Assembly (NCBI GenBank): GCA_031459875.1
Contig: JAVKHQ010000054.1
Location: 1 to 13,497, forward strand
Reading direction: 5' to 3'
DNA: 13,497 bases
Source: Candidatus Fervidifonticultor sextus
Lineage (GTDB): Bacteria; Sysuimicrobiota; Sysuimicrobiia; Sysuimicrobiales; Humicultoraceae
Shown here: positions 7,881-13,497 of the stretch, piece after piece
How the letters are laid out: each line of letters opens with the position of its first letter
How positions within the stretch are numbered: the stretch's first letter is position 1
Program-made: the position numbers and the translations under genes
Notes under the pieces: model-generated
Told to the model about the DNA's origin: nothing
Seen by the model: the letters and a program-made list of their open reading frames with translations, nothing else
Database searches by the model: none

Positions 7881-8171
7881 GTGTGCACCATGATCGTGAG
7901 GCAGGTGGCGGTTGAAGGCTGCGGCAGGGGAGCCGCCGGATGGTTCATGGTGCGGCAGGCCAACGTGTCCTATGACCATCCCTTCCACGCGCCGCTGGAA
8001 CACGCGCTGAACATCGACTTCGTGGACGAAGGGGGGGACCCCGGGGCGCGGGTGGCCGTCGAACTCACCGCAGCGTCGGCACGCGCGTTGGTCGAGGCAA
8101 TCCTTGCCGTGCTCGGCCGTGCAGAGGCGGGTGGGTACCTGGACCCGGAGACAACGTCCCGTGGCGTCTGA
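7881..8171 (+). CDS. Small conserved protein, DUF6295-like
   Basis: GTG start after SD aaaggag; MCTMI..G.GRG..GWF..V.YDHP.HAPLEHALNIDF..RVAVEL pattern. Family name recalled, not searched. Confidence 0.75.
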   Translation: MCTMIVRQVAVEGCGRGAAGWFMVRQANVSYDHPFHAPLEHALNIDFVDEGGDPGARVAVELTAASARALVEAILAVLGRAEAGGYLDPETTSRGV

Positions 8172-8208
8172 AGAGCTGCCGTCGACTCCTATCGTGTGAG
8201 GGTGAGAC

Positions 8209-9183
8209 GTGAAGCTCGAGGGCATCCACCACATTACAGCCGTGACCGCCAACGCACCCGGGAACGTCGAGTTCTACACGCGCGTGCTGGGCCTGCGCCT
8301 GGTTAAGAAGAGCGTCAACCAGGACGACCCGACCGTCTACCACCTTTTCTACAGCGACGAACGGGGAAGCCCGGGCGCGGACCTGACCTTCTTCGAGTAC
8401 CCCGGCGCGGAGCGCGGCCGTCCCGGGGCCGGGATGGTCCACCGCATCGTGTGGCGGGTCGCGTCGGAGGAGGCGCTCGACTTCTGGCAGGCCCGTCTGC
8501 GGGGCGAGGGGATCGCCTCGCGGCGCGAGGACGGTCGGCTGGTCTTTGACGACCCGGAGGGGCTGGGATTGGAGTTGGCGCTCGACGAGGGCCGCGACGC
8601 GCCCCTGGTGGCCGACCACCCCGAGATCCCCTCCCGCCTGGCCCTCCGGGGGTTTGCCGGCGTCCGGGCCTACGCCGCGGATCCGGAGGGCAGCCGTCAT
8701 TTCCTGGAGCAGGCGCTGGGGTTCGTGCGCACAGCCGAGGACCGCTACGAGGTGCGCGGCGACCACCGCGGATCTTTCTATATCTACGATCGCACAGCCG
8801 AGCCGGGCCGCAGCGGCGCCGGCACGGTCCATCACGTGGCCTGGACTTCCACCATGGAGGCGCACGCTGCGTGGCGGCGCCGCGTGCTCGAGGAGGGCGG
8901 GTCGCCCACGCCGGTCATCGACCGCTACTACTTCCGTTCGATCTACTTCCACGAGCCGAGCGGCGTCCTGTTCGAGATCGCCACGGACGGCCCCGGCTTC
9001 ACGACCGACGAGCCCCTCGAGCACCTCGGCGAGCGGCTGGCGCTGCCCCCGAAGTTCGAGCCGCTGCGCGAGCGCCTCGAGCAGATCCTGACGCCGTTGC
9101 GGAACCCGCGCGAGGGCGCGCCTGTGACGACCGGCCCTCCTCCTTCGACGCCGCCTGCAGGGCCGAACAGGTTGCGGCGCTGA
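8209..9183 (+). CDS. Ring-cleaving dioxygenase / glyoxalase (VOC family, MhqO-like)
   Basis: GIHHITA, FYTRVLGLRLVKKSVNQDDP..YHLFY, GTVHHVAW and DRYYFRSIYFHEPSGVLFEIATDGPGF. Confidence 0.93.
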   Translation: MKLEGIHHITAVTANAPGNVEFYTRVLGLRLVKKSVNQDDPTVYHLFYSDERGSPGADLTFFEYPGAERGRPGAGMVHRIVWRVASEEALDFWQARLRGEGIASRREDGRLVFDDPEGLGLELALDEGRDAPLVADHPEIPSRLALRGFAGVRAYAADPEGSRHFLEQALGFVRTAEDRYEVRGDHRGSFYIYDRTAEPGRSGAGTVHHVAWTSTMEAHAAWRRRVLEEGGSPTPVIDRYYFRSIYFHEPSGVLFEIATDGPGFTTDEPLEHLGERLALPPKFEPLRERLEQILTPLRNPREGAPVTTGPPPSTPPAGPNRLRR

Positions 9184-9300
9184 GGGCGGGAGGGCGTCCG
9201 GGAGGCCGCCTGTGGGACGCGCCGCGGTCGCCCAGGGGAGCTGCGAGAGGACGGCGAATGCGAGGCCTCGTCGAACCCCCCCACCGAGGAGGACTCCTGG

Positions 9301-9873
9301 ATGACGCAGGATCAAGGGCCGTCGGCTCGCAGAGAGGTGGCCACGCTGGCGGGTGGCTGCTTCTGGTGTCTGGAGGCGGTGTTCAACGACCTGCGGGGGG
9401 TGGAGCGGGTGGTCTCGGGGTACGCCGGCGGCACCGTGCCCAACCCCACCTACGAGCAGGTCTGCACGGGGACGACCGGCCATGCCGAGGTCGTCCAGGT
9501 GACCTTCGACCCGGAGGTCATCTCGTTTCGGGAGTTGCTGGAAGTTTTCTTCACCATCCACGACCCCACCACGCTCAACCGGCAGGGACCCGATGTCGGC
9601 ACCCAGTACCGATCGGCCATCTTCTACCACACGGCGGAGCAAAAGGCGACCGCCGAGCAGGTGATCCGGGACCTAGCGGCTTCCGGCCTGTGGCGCGACC
9701 CGATCATCACCGAGGTCGCCCCGTTGGAGGCCTTCTACCCGGCCGAGGCGTACCACCAGCGGTACTTCGAGCGCAACCCCCATCAACCGTACTGCCGGAC
9801 GGTGATCGCCCCCAAGGTCGCCAAGTTCCGCCGGCAGCACCTGGCCAGGCTCAAGCAGGCAGCCGGATCCTAG
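9301..9873 (+). CDS. msrA: Peptide-methionine (S)-S-oxide reductase
   Basis: GGCFWCLE, SGYAGG, TGHAEVVQ, HDPTTLNRQGPDVGTQYRSAIF and AEAYHQRY; SD gaggagg. Confidence 0.98.
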   Translation: MTQDQGPSARREVATLAGGCFWCLEAVFNDLRGVERVVSGYAGGTVPNPTYEQVCTGTTGHAEVVQVTFDPEVISFRELLEVFFTIHDPTTLNRQGPDVGTQYRSAIFYHTAEQKATAEQVIRDLAASGLWRDPIITEVAPLEAFYPAEAYHQRYFERNPHQPYCRTVIAPKVAKFRRQHLARLKQAAGS

Positions 9874-9886
9874 GGGCCAGCCTGTC

Positions 9887-10396
9887 ATGCCTGCCCAGGC
9901 CTTCCAGGACGCCTACCCCGACGCGCTGAGCCACTGCTACGGTTGCGGCCGGCTGAACGAACACGGCCTGCACCTCAAGAGCTACTGGGACGGCGACGAG
10001 ACGGTCGCCGTCTTCTCCCCGAAGCCCTACCACACGGCGATCCCGGGCTACGTCTATGGAGGGCTGATCGCCTCGCTGATCGACTGCCACGGCACCGGGA
10101 CCGCCGCCGCCGCCGCCTACCGGGCCGCCGGACGGGCGTTGGGGAGCGATCCGCCGCTGCGTTTCGTCACGGCTTCGCTGCGCGTGGACTACCTCCGTCC
10201 GACGCCGATGGGCGTGCCGCTGGAGATCCGGGGGCGGGTCAAGGAGATCACGGGGCGCAAGGTCGTCGTTGAGGCCACGGTCTCGGCCGGCGGGCAGGTG
10301 TGCGCGCGGGGCGAGGTCGTGGCCGTCCAGTTGCCCGAGCACCTGGTGCCCAAAGAGGGTGGAGGCTATAGCCGTTGCGACGCTGGGTCGGACTGA
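9887..10396 (+). CDS. PaaI/hotdog-fold thioesterase
   Basis: CYGCGRLNEHGL, GYVYGGLIASLIDCH and VTASLRVDYLRPTP. Confidence 0.9.
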   Translation: MPAQAFQDAYPDALSHCYGCGRLNEHGLHLKSYWDGDETVAVFSPKPYHTAIPGYVYGGLIASLIDCHGTGTAAAAAYRAAGRALGSDPPLRFVTASLRVDYLRPTPMGVPLEIRGRVKEITGRKVVVEATVSAGGQVCARGEVVAVQLPEHLVPKEGGGYSRCDAGSD

Positions 10397-10439
10397 GAGG
10401 AGTCCGGCCTCGGGCGCGACGGATCTCGGGGCGGATCCC

Positions 10440-10991
10440 GTGCGGCTCGACATCCCCAACCCCTCCCTGGTGGTGCTCTGTGGTCCGGCCGGCAGCGGGA
10501 AGACCACCTTCGCGGCCCGGCACTTCCCCCCGACCGCGATCGTGTCCTCGGACCGCTGCCGTGCCATGATCGCCGACGACGAGCGCAACATCGCGGTCTC
10601 CCGCGAGGCGTTCGAGCTCTTCCACCTGATCATCGACCGCCGATTGCGCTTCGGGCGGCTCGCGGTCGCCGACAGCACGGCCCTGCGGCGCGATGCGCGC
10701 CGCGCATTGCTCCAGATCGGCCGCCGCCACGGCGTCCCGGTCATCGTCATCGTGTTCGATGTCTCGCTGGAGCGCTGCTTCCATCACGACACGCTCCGCG
10801 ACCGCCGCGTAGGGCGTGCCGTCATCGAACGGCACGTCCGGCTGCTGCAGGACACGCTGCGGACCGTCGCGGATGAGGGGTTCGATCGGGTCGTGATCCT
10901 GGACGAGGTGCTCGCACGTCAGACCTCGGTGGTCCTCGGAGGGAGTCCCCCTCGGCGTTCCGGAGACCAGGGGCCGCCGCCGGCGCCCTGA
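10440..10991 (+). CDS. P-loop kinase (AAA_33), similar to the kinase module of bacterial Pnkp; start uncertain
   Basis: LVVLCGPAGSGKTTFA, IVSSDRCR, AFELFHLIIDRRLRFGRLAVADST. Confidence 0.85.
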   Translation: MRLDIPNPSLVVLCGPAGSGKTTFAARHFPPTAIVSSDRCRAMIADDERNIAVSREAFELFHLIIDRRLRFGRLAVADSTALRRDARRALLQIGRRHGVPVIVIVFDVSLERCFHHDTLRDRRVGRAVIERHVRLLQDTLRTVADEGFDRVVILDEVLARQTSVVLGGSPPRRSGDQGPPPAP

Positions 10992-11123
10992 GACTGGCCA
11001 GGGGAACCCCTGTCGTCTGTCGAACGGGCGGGAAGGGATTGTCCGCATGGGGCGCGCCGTGGCACCGGACCTGGCGATCGAGCCCGGACGCATCGCAGCC
11101 GTCCTGGGGATGGGGTCGGCGGC

Positions 11124-11687
11124 GTGACGGGGGCCGAACCGATCTCCCGGCAGGTCGGCGGCTGCCGCCTGACGCTCGTCCAGGGGGACATCACCACCCA
11201 GGAGGTGGACGCTATCGTCAACGCCGCCAACAGCCGGCTGGTCGGGGGCGGCGGGGTCGACGGCGCCATCCGCCGGGCCGGCGGACCGGCCATCGAGGAG
11301 GAGTGCGCGGCCATCCGGGCCCGCCAGGGCGGGTGTCCGACGGGGTCGGCGGTCATCACGGGCGCCGGGAGGCTCCCGGCCCGATACGTCATCCACGCCG
11401 TCGGGCCGGTCTGGCAGGGAGGCAGCCACGGCGAGGCGGACCTGCTGGCCTCGGCCTACCTGGCCAGCCTGGCGCTGGCCGCCCGGCACGGGGCCCGGAC
11501 CGTCGCCTTTCCGTCCATCAGCACCGGCGCCTACGGCTACCCGGTCGAACAGGCCGCCCGGGTAGCCCTCCGGACCGTCGCAGAGGTCTTGAAGGAGCAG
11601 GCCTTCGACGAGGTCCGCTTCGTCCTCTTTTCGCCGAAGGATTACCACGCCTACGCCGAGGCGCTGCGCGACCTGCCGCCAACCTGA
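11124..11687 (+). CDS. Macrodomain protein (O-acetyl-ADP-ribose deacetylase, YmdB-like)
   Basis: GDITTQEVDAIVNAANSRLVGGGGVDGAI, VIHAVGPVW and AFPSISTGAYGYP. Confidence 0.95.
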   Translation: MTGAEPISRQVGGCRLTLVQGDITTQEVDAIVNAANSRLVGGGGVDGAIRRAGGPAIEEECAAIRARQGGCPTGSAVITGAGRLPARYVIHAVGPVWQGGSHGEADLLASAYLASLALAARHGARTVAFPSISTGAYGYPVEQAARVALRTVAEVLKEQAFDEVRFVLFSPKDYHAYAEALRDLPPT

Positions 11688-11768
11688 GGCCCCTGCAGGA
11701 GGTCGTGGGGACGGCGGGTAAGTGGAAGGCCAGACGAGGAGCAGGCATCCCTGCCGGAGGTGAGGACC

Positions 11769-11996
11769 GTGGTCTCAGCCGTGGTGCTGCTGAAAGCCGC
11801 TCCGGGCCAGGCCCGCAAGGCCGCGATCGCCATCAGGAAGATCAAGGGCGTGCGCCAGGTCCACGTGGTCACCGGACCGTACGACATCATCTGCATGACG
11901 GAGGCCGGGACCATGGCCGCGCTGGGGGACACCGTCATTACGAAGATCCAGCGGACCCCCGGGGTGACCGACACGCTCACCTGCCTCGTCGTCTGA
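11769..11996 (+). CDS. Stand-alone Lrp/AsnC ligand-binding domain protein
   Basis: IKGVRQVHVVTGPYDII and IQRTPGVTDTLT; SD ggaggtgagg; no HTH domain. Confidence 0.85.
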   Translation: MVSAVVLLKAAPGQARKAAIAIRKIKGVRQVHVVTGPYDIICMTEAGTMAALGDTVITKIQRTPGVTDTLTCLVV

Positions 11997-12016
11997 AGTG
12001 GTCATGGACCCGGGTG

Positions 12017-12044
12017 TTGACAACCCCGATGCCCCTACTATAAT
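12017..12044 (+). promoter_or_regulatory. Consensus sigma70 promoter upstream of the 23S unit
   Basis: TTGACA (12017-12022), 16-bp spacer, TATAAT (12039-12044); a 16-bp spacer is typical of rrn promoters. Confidence 0.9.
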
Positions 12045-12129
12045 GGGTTGTGGCCTGAACACGGGGAGGGATTGGTGCTGAGGTCGCCAACCGGGTAAAC
12101 CGAATACGGTGTACCCGATGAGCATCCCG

Positions 12130-12158
12130 GAGGGGAGACGGCTCATCCCCTCTTTTTT
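12130..12158 (+). terminator. Intrinsic terminator between the promoter and the 23S leader
   Basis: Stem gagggga (12130-12136) with tcccctc (12146-12152), followed by tttttt (12153-12158). Confidence 0.75.
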
Positions 12159-12199
12159 GTGTCCCGTCCCCGCAAAGCCGTACGAGCATGCCTCAATGT

Positions 12200-12266
12200 T
12201 CCTGCCGGCGGGCCCGGCAGGATCCGACGCGCGGAGTCCGCGGCGGGGCGCACCTTGACAAGTGAA
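12200..12266 (+). promoter_or_regulatory. 23S leader: boxB-like hairpin and boxA/processing-stem sequence
   Basis: Hairpin tcctgccgg-cgggc-ccggcagga (12200-12222) and gcaccttgacaagtgaa (12250-12266), resembling rrn boxA/processing stems. Confidence 0.55.
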
Positions 12267-12356
12267 GATGGACGAAGACATCCCGCCCGCGGGTGGAAAC
12301 GGCACCGGCGGGAGGAGGATGTGTTGCCAGGCTCTATACAGCTGCTCCTAGGGCGG

Positions 12357-13497
<1,141 letters not shown>

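Noticed and set aside
7058..11648. Long alternative-frame ORFs (7058-7963, 8065-9642, 8871-9929, 9851-10750, 10248-11648)
   Set aside because: Shadows of well-supported plus-strand genes in GC-rich DNA
12060..12150. Fluoride or SAM-I riboswitch, or hammerhead ribozyme, in the 23S upstream RNA
   Set aside because: Only partial resemblance: no fluoride pseudoknot complement, no SAM-I AUC.AGAG start, and no hammerhead CUGAUGA/GAAA core
12255..12290. Second promoter from TTGACA at 12255-12260
   Set aside because: No -10 element at 16-18 bp; the context fits a boxA/processing stem better

Overview
High-GC bacterial chromosome segment; the lineage cannot be determined by eye. The window opens in the 3' part of a 16S rRNA gene that is interrupted after U1498 (E. 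coli numbering) by a 301-nt ORF-less group I intron (416-716) with complete P1/P10 and P/Q/R/S core. The 16S is followed by a terminator-like hairpin, not by a tRNA spacer and 23S. Next comes a free-standing, C-terminally truncated two-motif LAGLIDADG endonuclease gene. The 23S rRNA starts about 11.6 kb later behind its own consensus sigma70 promoter, so the rRNA genes are unlinked but adjacent. The left part of the interval is a decaying accessory region: an epimerase cassette remnant with attC, a RelE/RHH toxin-antitoxin pair, a comM pseudogene, dprA, an integron integrase with an extra HARP-like N-terminal domain and a probable downstream, co-oriented attI/attC array, and a frameshifted alpha/beta hydrolase. 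The right part is an intact block: dienelactone hydrolase, DUF6295-like protein, VOC dioxygenase, msrA, thioesterase, Pnkp-type kinase, macrodomain protein and Lrp/AsnC ligand-binding protein. The most notable observations are the ORF-less 16S intron with an external homing endonuclease, the comM-dprA-linked HARP-IntI integron, and a structured ~105-nt RNA with a terminator between the 23S promoter and the 23S gene.
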